From the NCBI RefSeq assembly GCF_963921235.1, contig NC_086097.1, forward strand, positions 210,306,001 to 210,370,000: DNA of 64,000 nt. The letters are read 5' to 3'. The stretch is from Mobula hypostoma. Its lineage: Eukaryota. The notes under the pieces are model-generated. The model saw only the letters and a list, made by a program, of their open reading frames with translations, ran no database searches and was not told the DNA's origin. The position numbers and the translations under genes were made by a program. Positions within the stretch are counted from its first letter, which is position 1. The number at the start of each line of letters is the position of its first letter. This document shows positions 1-11,129 of the stretch, piece by piece.

Positions 1-1704
1 ACTGCTCAAAATTAATTGAACTCTGCCATTTAAAACCAAATTAATAATTCCTTAATATGTCTATTTGAACTAACGTATAGTTGAAACACATACAGAAAAC
101 AAAAAAAAGATTAACCTTAAATTTTGTTTCTCTCTCCACAGATGTTGCCTGGCCTGCTGAGTATTTTCATTATTTTCTATTTTTAATATAAGAAAAGGCT
201 CAGTAAATACAATTGGTTTCAGCTGAAAACAGATGAAGATTTCAGATCAAAATAAATCTCAAGATGTCAATTTCTTTTACCTGCTAAATTATTACAATTT
301 CATATATTTTCAATTTTATAAATGATATAATCAATTTGAACAGTACAAAATGCACACATGGAAGTGAATTAGTAAAATGGTTCAGGAAAACAAGGAAATA
401 TCTGAAGGAATTAGTCCAAAGCAGATGGAATAATTTCAGGTTAGGAGCAGACTATTGCACAAAGATGGGGCAAAATGTTATCTTAATGAGAAAATTGTTT
501 TTCAACACATACTACTTAGCTAATTGTTTGCTACTTGTGACAATGATGGCTTAACCAATACTCAAAATTATTTAAGAATTTGGTTAACAAAACAAATAGA
601 AATGCAAGTTAAATTTTTATCAGAATATTTATTACCCCTTACCAATTATTTCTTCACCTCTTAAGGCTGTGCTTCCTTTTTGGAACTTGGGTGTTACTTA
701 AACTGTTTTACTTTGAGGACAAATTCCACATATGTTGGATATAATCAATAATCTAATAGATGAAATTGTACAATAAGATCAAAATGAAAAAGTATATGTG
801 GCTTTTATTCATATATCTAATTCAGAAGTTTAATTCATAATCTATTATCAATAATCTTCATTAAATGACACATAGAACTTAAGGTTAATATAATCAATTT
901 AAATTAGAAAGAAAAACTCATTTATACTGCCACTCTATCACAAGAATTTGAAAATTAATGTAGGAATCATGTATTCTGTGTTCCATATTTTTGAAGCTAC
1001 AGAATCAAATCTGATGGGAAGTTTATTTTTTATAGAAGTTTTCACCAGGAACTTTGTTAAGAAAACCCTCAGCATTTTTCTAAATAAAATAAATGGATTA
1101 TATATAAAACCAATTTTGGTGCATTAATATGGCCAGAGTTCAAAAATTTTTTGGTGTTCCAGCATTTTTAAATGCAAAAATGCATCCTCAAAACAGCCAC
1201 GAAGTGAAACTGTGCAAAATTATTAAACAGAGCAGCAATCTTTTCAAAAACTGAATACAGTTTGTTTAAAAGATATAAAGCACTGTGAATTTTGCAGTTG
1301 CTATCTGATATATGAATCTGAAAGACTGATTATTGGTGTCAGTACAGCCTAAAATTAGAACACAACAATCATTGCAATGAAAGGGTTCAGGGCTGTGGCA
1401 TTTTGTATCAATTCTTATTGTAAACACCTAGGCCGTCAGTGAGTCTATTATTGATGATCTAGACTCAAATTTACTCTCAATGTCTATTATTAGAAATCAA
1501 CTGCTAAATAGAATGTTCCTATTATGACCACAAATAAACAGTATTGTACATTTTTTCTCCTGGCTTTGTTTGCCTGTGGTGGTCATTCACAAAGCAGCAC
1601 TGTTGTTACAACCAGAGAGTTACAGTCCAATTCCTTAATGTTTCATCAGGATAATCACTTTTACAATATTTGGAAAAGGAAATGGTTAAGAAATATCACA
1701 CTAT
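1..1704 (-). other. PLAG1: PLAG1 3'UTR (extent unknown; may run off the window)
   Basis: AT-rich sequence downstream of the stop. Minus-strand AATAAA occurs at e.g. 1022-1027, 804-809 and 628-633. Mammalian PLAG1 has a multi-kb 3'UTR. Confidence 0.5.
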
Positions 1705-2968
1705 CTACTGAAAAGCCTGATGAAAACGTGGCAGGGTTGTTGTGCTTAAACTAGTAGTGAAAACTGTAGATAAGGGATGGAGAGCATTGAGACCAATGCT
1801 GTTGCCAGTTTCATGTGAATCCTGGTACTGGGGTGGGAGAGGAATTAAGGATGTATGAGGCTCCTCTTGGGTATAACACATACCAGAATTGCCAGAAGAA
1901 ACTGGCTGATTGTATGAAGAGTTATTTAAAGGTATGAAACTTAATAACTGAGAAAAGTCTGCTGATGATGTATTTAGAGGTTCACTGAGGAGTGCTGGGC
2001 TTTTAGAAAGCAAAACGTCCCCACATCCATCACCCAAAGATCCTGGCTGAGACTGCATGCCTTGCTTTGATGAGGATGATTGAGTGTCATGGGCAGAGGG
2101 GAGTAAATCACTATGTAAATCCATTAAGTAGCTGTCTATTTCACTTTTTAATGGTTGTCCTTTATCAGGCATTGCAATGGCATATGAGGTAGAACCAAGA
2201 AAATATTTTGAGGAAAGTTCTTGAGGAGCGCGAATTGAAGTCTCAATGTCTAGTGGGCAACCCATTCCTAATGGTAACGGAGAAGAGACCATTTGATTTG
2301 TTGCCCCTAATGTTTGCATGGTCTGAATATGGGCACTGTAGATATTCATTTGTAAAGTGTTTGTAAATGATCTAGTTGTCAACTCACTGGAAACCACTGA
2401 CATCACTGGACTTAGCTCATCTTTTAATGACAATGAAGTATTTGAACTAAGTATATCCATAAGATCTGCTGGTTCTGTTTTCACCTTTAGCAGTTCCTGA
2501 GAGTGACTTTTCTTCATATGACGGGTCAGGTGGTCCTTCCGCCCAAATCTCTGGGCACAATACTGACAAAGGAAGTCTTTCCTTCCTGTATGCACTACCA
2601 TGTGTCTTCGGACATCTTTACGAGTGTAGAAAGAACGGTCACAATGGTCGCAATGATGTTTTTTTTCCTTTGTGCCACTTGTTGACTTGCCAGCATGTGT
2701 CTTCAGATGCTCTAGTAACACTCCTGTGCTTTCAAATGTTTGTAAGCACACTTTACAAGTAAGGTCACCACTAGTTGCAGCATGTAGCGCTAAATGGCGC
2801 TTATAGCCAAGCTTTGTATTGTAGCTTTTTCCACATTCCTCACATTTGAAGGCTTCCTTATTTGGATCATGAGTTTGCAGATGATTCTTTAGATGATCTT
2901 TACGATGGAACATTTTCTCACAGTAAGTACACTTGTGGGTCTTCTGAGGTGAATGGGTGGCCATATGC
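1705..2968 (-). CDS. PLAG1: PLAG1 zinc finger protein, last coding exon (end of ZF2, ZF3-7, Ser-rich transactivation domain, stop)
   Basis: Translation HMATHSPQKTHKCTYCEKMFHRKDHLKNH...TTLPRFHQAFQ* matches vertebrate PLAG1. Acceptor TGTCTGTTCAAG ends at 2969, and the first exon base G (2968) completes the split Arg codon AG|G. SUMO-type motifs VKTE, LKDE and LKSE are present. Confidence 0.97.
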
Positions 2969-3064
2969 CTTGAACAGACACAATTGGTTATTTATACTGG
3001 ACATTTCCAGTGTACCACTCTCCTTGTTTGGAGATGGGTATTTTGTAATGTATAATACAGTAAC

Positions 3065-3276
3065 TGCAGATTTCAGAAATACAACAAATACTGGAAACAC
3101 TCAGCAGGTCAGGCAGTGTCAGTGGAAAGCTGAATGGCCTAATTTTGCTCCTATGTCATATGGTCTCTTGGAAAGAGAAACAGTTAACATTTTGGATCTA
3201 GGTCTAAAGTGTTAATTGCTTCTTGTTCCACAGATATTGCCTGAAATGTCGAGCATGTCCAGTACTTTCTATTTTC
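3065..3276. repeat. Degraded Penelope-derived inverted-repeat element
   Basis: Arms CTGGAAACACTCAGCAGGTCAGGCAG... and ...CAGATATTGCCTGA...TCCAGTA belong to the same family as 35636, 47673 and 48233. Confidence 0.55.
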
Positions 3277-6200
3277 AAATTGGTAAAATATGTTGCCTGA
3301 TTATAATTAAATCTAGCAAAATCAATATCCTAATCTTGATTTTGTCTATTAATCAATGTGGCAATGGCCTATAAATTTAACATGTAGAAACACATTTAGA
3401 CATTCTCAATAATCAATAAATTTAAAACCACTGAATATACTGGATTAAACTCATGCCCAGCTAAAATTGAGTACATATAATTTAGGGATTTTGAGAATTA
3501 CACTTCGCACTAAAATACTCCTTAGCAGTTTTTGCATCAGAAAATTTCTCTTCTTTTAATTTTTTTTATATTATCCAGAATATTAATGTGTATTCTGACT
3601 GTACAAAAGCTATTTGTTTATGAAATTATAAAGGACAGACTATGCACAGTTTTGATCCGAAGTGTTAACAACCCGTGTCTCAGATTTCTGTGCTGTGAAA
3701 TGAGGGAAAATGAAACCAGCAGACAGAATCAGAGACCCAAATCTATCAGTTCAGTCTGCCACTGGAATCCCATGGAATCCCCTGGCAAGGCCTAGTCTTG
3801 CTGAGTTTCCTTGTCTCTTGGATACTGTGCCAGATTTGATTTCAATGAGGATTGCAAGCATATGGCTGACGAGGCTAGGGGAAAAGTGTTATTTCTTTAA
3901 CAATGTTACTTTAGATTAGAGGTTAATTGTATACAAATGTTTTATTTTTTAAATTATTCTTTTCTAATTATTTATTTCAACTTTAATTTGAAATGACATT
4001 GAATACAAGAGATATTAAAATGGTAGTCTTGCTAACTGTTAAAACTCTCCTTGGCTTCGTTGCTCTCAGGAGCCCTGTTGTAATCTGAAATATAGGGTCT
4101 CCATTTATAGTGCAGGTATGCATGGAAATAGACAGAATGCAGGTCGAAATTGCAGCCAAGGTCAAGCACAAGTTAGCCCATTGTTATTGCAGGAAACATT
4201 TAGTTTATAAACTAAAACATAAAAGCTGGTTTTTCAAAACTCAGAATAAGCGGTGTATACATTCTGATGCAGATAGACAGTTGATAAAGTTTCATGTTTT
4301 CCTGGTGGTTTGTATCAAGTTTCTGTGAGTTATTCTAAGATTTGATAATAACTCGCACAGATCACAGTAGCTATTAAATAATGGTGAAAATGGGTATAAA
4401 TCACAAAACATTCATATGACAATCTTCACTCCATCTAATATTTGGGTACCTTTCCAGAAAAATTAAATACATTTCTAAAACTGTTGCATTCTTTAAGATG
4501 TCATGATTCACGTTAGTAAGTCACTCGCTCCAACAAATAAATGGAATAAAAAAAACTGGTTTTCAATGATTTATGTACCACTTATAAAAGTGTTGCAGTT
4601 TTAAGACATAGCATAATTTGCAATACTCTAATGGAATACTTTGAAAACAAAATTCATACTCTTGATGGCTGGAATTCAGGAAGGATGATTTTTTTTCCTC
4701 TCAGTAATAAATTTGTTAATGACTTGAAACATTGTAAAATCAATAGTATGTTTACCATGACATCATTCCTGAGTATTCATTTACATTTTTAGACGTGAAA
4801 TTATCAAAAATGAATAACAAAACGAATATTCTAAAGCTTATTGAAACGAATTTGAAGACTATCACAAAAAATATGGATAAATGCATTGAAAAGTTTTCAC
4901 CATAGCTACAACAACCAGTTTGAGTTATAACCCCCTGTAAAAATGGAAAACAAGAATTTGATGCAGAAATAGTAAACAACCTTAATATAAAATCATGAAT
5001 AGTAACAATTAGAATATTTTATTTTCAAATAACTGTGTAAGATAATTAGCATCTTATTTTTAAGTAACTTTAAAAATTAATATGGACAGTGAAATTTGGT
5101 ATCATAATTTGCTGTTATTTTGCACAGAAACATTAGTTACTAATCAACAATGTATTTTTCCTACAAATTTTCTAATCTCAAATATAAATGATTTTTTCCT
5201 GGTTATCATTCTGAAGTATTTACACAAGCAACATATTCTTAAACTTAATTATTTCACTTGTGGCAAAAGGAATGTTAAAAACCAGATCAATAAGACCAAA
5301 CAGAAAAATAAAGCACTGCTGTAATGAAGGATCATTGACCCAAACATTAACTGACATCACCCCTTCAGATGCTGCCTGATCTTGCCGAGTATTTCTGGTA
5401 CTATTTTTTTTTCCGTTAAAAATACTCTTAAAATTTAGTTTAATTGACAAATTCTTTATCAATTCATTGCCAGAACATAATGCACTGGACAGTACTGAAA
5501 CAAATCCATATTCTCCTAAGCTGATGTCCAAAATTATTAACATGTCAGTGCCACTGCTGACAAAACTATAAAGGTTACTGACAATCAGCGACATTTTAAA
5601 AAAATTTTAGAAGGTAACATTAAAAACCTAAAAGACAGAATACTAAAGCATTAAATAATTAAGAACTTACCTTCACCATTGCATTAACTGCAACAACATA
5701 GTCCCCATTACTGGCACAGATCCTGCGCCGTTAAATCAGGCACAGAACTCAATACCCAATTTAATTTTTACTCCTCCCATCTTTTCATTTTGTTTTGCTC
5801 CCTTTTTCTCCTGTCACATCCCAATCCCTCCATGTTATATCCAAAAGCACAACAAACTGACTAATCTGACATTCAGTAAGTCTGCAGTTTCTGTGTTAGA
5901 CACTGCATGCGTGGACTTCTGGACTTGCTACCATTTAATACTGTTTTCTTTAAACCACTAAGACATAGGCCATTATTTTTTCAAGAATGGTGAAAACGCC
6001 CAAGTTTTGAAAGAGTAGAAATATTGATAAGCATTCAAAGAAAACTTTGAGGTTAAGTTTTTCCTTTGATGCCTTGGCGATCCAGGTGCAAAATGTGGTC
6101 AAAATTCCACTGGTTGAGATTTCTGCCTCAAGTCTATATTCATCTCAGTGTCACATTGTAAAATTTGCAACATAGGTGCAGAAATTGTTCAAATTAGGAC

Positions 6201-6506
6201 ATATCCCCAATTGTTTATTTTTACATCAAAGTGTGCACTGATTTATAAAACTATCGCACCAATTTTGGGTTAATATTTAGCCATTATCATCTTAAACTAT
6301 TAAAAAGGTACTCAATTCAATTTGTTATAGACTTTATTAATGTCTATTCTGATATAATTTAGGTGCACTAGTTGAAGGAAATTAAGCTTAGAATGATGCC
6401 AAATCTGAAATTTAGAATTACTCTTAAGCTGGAGGCTGAAATTCACAGAGGCAAATATCCCCAATTAATAAAATAGATACTATCTACTCTGAATAGTCTT
6501 TCATAC

Positions 6507-6748
6507 CTCAGTAGTTTATACTTAGACACAAAGGCCTTGGTACAGTCCTCGTGTGAACACTTGTAGGGTCTTTCTCCAGTATGTGAATATGAATGCACTT
6601 TCAATTTCTCAACACTAGTGAAGATCTTTCCACACAACTGACAAGGAAAGGATTTTCTGGATTTGGTTTCACTACGTTTACGTTTCCCCACTAGAACCTT
6701 CTGAGTATCTGTTACTTCTAAAAGATCACCGGGGATGACAGTGGCCAT
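6507..6748 (-). CDS. PLAG1: PLAG1 first coding exon (MATVIPGD..., KRKR NLS, ZF1 and most of ZF2)
   Basis: ATG at 6748 in [40 protein letters not shown]...SKYKLLR; donor AG|GTATGA at 6507/6506. 242 nt + 1264 nt = 1506 nt = 501 aa + stop. Confidence 0.97.
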
Positions 6749-6872
6749 CGCAGTCTACTGTAGGCCTAATTACTGGACACTTGTTGTTTGCCCAGTTGTA
6801 CTGATATAAATCAACTTCTGTTTCTTCTTTCTGGTGTAGTTTCATGTGTTCAACACATTTGGCAGTTAGGAC
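6749..6872 (-). other. PLAG1: 5'UTR portion of the PLAG1 first coding exon
   Basis: Acceptor CTCTTAACTTTTGCTTATAG|GTCC at 6873/6872, 124 nt upstream of the ATG. Confidence 0.8.
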
Positions 6873-7284
6873 CTATAAGCAAAAGTTAAGAGTTTCAGTC
6901 ATTTTAGGCATCATAATGATGTGAAGACTATTTATAACTGCATCAATACTACTGATTTTATGTACTTACCCAAATTTTCAGAGGTGATCTTCTACCTCAG
7001 GCTCATTTTTTTGCATTATGCCCATGACCCTTGATACCCTTAATGCCCAGTGTGTTTGCACAAAAAGACCAATTCCCTTTGAACTTCAATACTACCCAAT
7101 CTCTAACCACATAAAAATAGCTTTGCTTTTCCATTTGTGTGCAGTTCCAATGGGAATGAACAAATATTCCCATTTAGGACCACCGCAGCTGAAATCCACA
7201 ACTACAACCACGGGTACTTCAGTAAGCAGAATTGTTTTATGATGTTTAAAAAATCTATCGATACTCAAAATCAACAAACCTTGG

Positions 7285-10200
7285 ACGGCAGACTCAGGTC
7301 ACGCGTGTAGTTCCCTTTTAAGAAAATGGAAGCGGGGACACAGGTATGATTGAAATGCAGAGGCTCTAGGCTTCCACTCCTGACTATCCTGCTGGCGATT
7401 GTACAGTCTCTGGAAAATAAAATTGAAGACCTCAGAGCAAGACTACTGTACCAGTGGGACATTAGGAATGGCTGTGTAATCTGCTTTATGGAAACATTGC
7501 CCACACTAGCAATTTTGGACTCAAAAGCTGCAGTCCAATGGCTCAACCATTCTCTGTGAAGACAGAACAGCTCAATCTTTTAAAGCAGAGGAGATGGAGT
7601 ATGCTTTATGATTAGCTCATCATGGTACACAAATGTGGTGATTCTATCTCAGACTAGTTCACCTGACCTGGAACATCTATTGGTCAAATGTCATGCATTT
7701 TATCTGCCGAGGAAGTTTTCTGCCAACATCCTGATAGCAGTAAACATTCCACGTTGGCCATCATCAGGCAGGCACTGGAAGAGTTTGCAATGTAATCAGC
7801 CGACATGAAATTGCAGACCCTGGTGTCTTCCCTATCATTGCGGGAGATTTCAACCAGGCCAGCTTGAAGACGCCTCTGAATGACTACCGCCAACATATCA
7901 CCTGTGGAACCAGAGCAGCCAACGCACTTGAACAACAAGAATACTTCCTATGCCATCCCAAGGCCACTTTGGAAAGTGTGACTATCTGACTGTACTTCTA
8001 CTCCCAGCATAACGGGCAGAAATTAAAGACCATAGTAGAGCTACTAGGACTTGATGTTTCAATCCCTATGGTAAGTTGGCACTCTCGATGTTGGCAGTGG
8101 GTTTGGAGTGGTGACAAGGAGGGAGGGTAGGTATGTCATCGGGGTCATCAGGTGGGCACCCTCCTCCTTTGACATTTCGTTGTTAAGCCCATGACATCTC
8201 CAGAGGGCTCAACGGTGCTACCTGGCGTCCCAGATACACCCCCCTCAGTTCCATACCCTCCTGTCTTCATCTTGGAGCCAAAGAAATATGAACAAAGGAG
8301 GAGAAGGACTGCTTTGAGTCGGTGGACTGGACAATATTCAGGGATTCATCTTAGAGTCTGAATGAATATGCCACAGTGTCACACACTTCATCAAGACCTG
8401 TGAGGATGACTGTGTACCTTATAATATCAGACTGCTGTTGCATGAATAAAGCCAACGGAGAAAAGTACTGGTTGATATGAAGCAGAATACAGGATACCAA
8501 AATCTGCGGATGCTCAAGTCCCTTATATAAAATGGGATAGTATTTGCATATAACCTACGTACATCCTTCCGTATACTTTAAATCCTCTCTAGATGACTTA
8601 TAATACCTAATACGATGTAAATGCTATGTAAATAGTTGTTATACTGTATTGTTTGGGGAATAGTAACAAGAAAAAAAAAGTCTGTACATGTTCAGTACAG
8701 ACGCAACCATCGTAGCTCTTCTGGGAATGCTGATGCCTCGGTATCAGCCGGTGCCGATTCTCCCACGATCTTTAAGTTCTTGAGGCTGTAGTGCTTTACA
8801 TAGCCAGCCAGCCATCCCTTACTAGCTTTAAACTCCTTCCTCTCGCTCACAACACAAGGAGTGAACGAACGAGATGTGAGGCATACAATGCTCAAACAGC
8901 GAGTGCTGGAGAGAGACTGAGGATCTGTGAAATGGCGGGAGGCTACAGCAGGGTATGCCTACGCATCACTTCATTTGCGTAGATTAAGCATAGTGCTTGG
9001 TGCGCGGCAAATTCAAGTTTTGCTTTTTGGAACTTTCTGGAATTTGTTTTCTGAATATTTTCGATCCGCGGTTGGTTGAATCCGCGGATGCGGAACCCAT
9101 GGATATGGAGGGTCGACTGTATGTCTTATTCAACAAGATACAGCAGGCCCAACATGGAGTTCGATATCTGCTAAGCATCAAAGGACAATTCCATATTTAC
9201 AATGTATCCACAATGCTTTCTTTGAAACTACACACAAACTTTACACCTCCAATTTGTACCCACAGCAGAGACATCTAAATGAATTGTAATCAGCATCCTC
9301 TGGTCTGTGATTCATGGCTTTTAGGAAACCATTTTTCAGAGCTGCATTTTAGATTAAATCTACAATTCATACTCAGATTTGAAGATTGGTGGCTGAAGTC
9401 ATTTGCTAAATGTAAATGTGCTAAACCCAAAAATTGCTCTAACAAGCCACAATTAAACCAAAAGCTGTGGATGAACCAGGAAGGAGATAAGTAGATTCAA
9501 CGAACTAGATCTGTGGCATTCACGACCAGTGTTTTGGAACTATATAAGAAATCCCGGTTTGACCTATGGAAGGCTACTTTAAGGGTGAGAAACCAATTCC
9601 GATGAAGGTTCAAAATGGAATTGGGTGCACATTAGCTCTGGCAGGGTTTACAGACTACTTCCTACGAAGCAAAGCTTAACATCATGAACGGCTGTGATGC
9701 TTCACTCCCAGGTGAGCTCAATGCCTTTTATGCATGCTTTGACAGGGAGAATAAAACTATACCTGCGTGAATCCCTACAGCATCTGGTGACCCTGTAATC
9801 TTTATCTCAGAGGCCAATGTCAGAACATCTTTCAAGAGAGTGAACACTTGCAAGGTGTCAAGCCCTGATGATGTATTTGGCAGGGCTCTAGAAACCTGTG
9901 CTAACTGGTGGGAGTGTTCAAGGATATACTCAATATCTCACTGCTGCAGTCCAAGGTTCTCTCCACTTCAAAAGGGCCCAAAAAGAGCAGGATGAGCTGC
10001 CTCAACAACCATCACCCAGTGGCACTCACATCTACTGTGAAGAAATGCTTTGAGAAGTCAGTCATGGACAGAACCAACTCCTGTCTAAGAAAAGTTCTGG
10101 TCCCGCTGCAATTTCCCTTTTGCCATAAAAGGTCTACAGTGGATTCAATCTCACTGGCTCTCTACTCAGCCTTCGATCACCTGCACAACAGTAATACCCA

Positions 10201-10668
10201 TGTCAGGCTGCTGTTTATTGACTAGAGCTCAGCATTCACAACCATATCCTTAGTGCTCATCAACAAACTCCAAAGCCTGGGCATCTGTACTAGCAGGATC
10301 CTTGACTTCCTTACTGGGAGACCAGTCAGTGCGGATTGGAAATAACATCAGCTCATCAATGACAATCAACACTGGCACACCTGGTCTACTCTCTCTCTAC
10401 ACCCACGATTGTGTGGCTAGGCACAGCTGAAACAACATCTATAAATTTGTCGAGGCAACTACTTCAGATGGTGATGAGGTGGTGTACAAGAGCTAGACAG
10501 ATCAGCTGGTTGAGCGCTGTCACAGCAAGAACCTTGTACTCAACATCAGTGACCAAGAAATTCATTGTGGACTTCAGGAGGGGAATTGAGGGAAGACACA
10601 CCAGACCTCAGAGGGATCAGAAGTGTAAAGGGTGAGTAGTTTCAAGTTTTTGCGCATCAACATCTCTG
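7285..10668 (+). mobile_element. Degraded Rex1/Babar-like LINE (endonuclease ~7350-8420, RT ~9500-10668), interrupted by other inserts
   Basis: Fragments LANVQSLENK-like, CFMET, GDFNQASL and PVALTSTVKKCFEK...VRLLFID; many stops and frameshifts. A 3' tail of this family appears at ~11070-11129 and 15761-15813. Confidence 0.75.
8490..9119 (-). mobile_element. TcMar-Tigger DNA transposon, MER2/MER2B-like internally deleted copy with transposase fragment
   Basis: TA|CAG at 8488-8492 and CGACTG|TA at 9114-9121. Minus-strand fragment EFKASKGWLAGYVKHYSLKNLKIVGESAPAD is a Tigger/CENP-B-type HTH motif. The flanking non-coding parts match the MER2 consensus as recalled. Confidence 0.85.
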
Positions 10669-10841
10669 GGAATGGATGTGTGAGCAGCTGGTGCATATCA
10701 CAAGTCCTGATTATGCGACCAGAGACACCAGGTAGACAATCTCTGAAGAGTGTTGATAATGGCGGGGATCACTTGGCTTGTTAAAGACACTACCCTGAAG
10801 AAGACAATGGCAAACTATATTATTATATATTTATTTTATAT

Positions 10842-10861
10842 ACACACACACACACACACAC
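10842..10861 (+). repeat. (AC)10 microsatellite
   Basis: Direct reading. Confidence 0.9.
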
Positions 10862-11129
10862 TCTGGAGGTCTGCCAGTGCCCTTTGTATGGCCTCCAGCA
10901 AGGGACAGAGAACTCTAATCTCAAAATGAGGAATCAAACAAACTCTTATCTGGGGAGGGCTGGAAAGATGTGCCCCCTTCCTTTAACTGTTCTGTTGCCC
11001 GACGACTGCTTGCAGTGTTCTCACCATATTGCATAGAGGGTGGAAGTGGACTGATTGTAGAGAGTTATATGCAGACACACGCACATTGTAATTTATAGTT
11101 TTTATTATTATGTATTGCAATGTACTGCT

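Noticed and set aside
1705..2964. 419-aa ORF as a stand-alone single-exon gene
   Set aside because: It is the last PLAG1 exon and its Met is internal (residue 83), although a shorter isoform starting there is possible.
5665..5680. Strong minus-strand donor AAG|GTAAGT inside the PLAG1 coding intron
   Set aside because: No convincing upstream acceptor or open frame was found.
6443..6506. ORF-track tail [20 protein letters not shown]
   Set aside because: Read-through into the intron past the GT donor at 6506.
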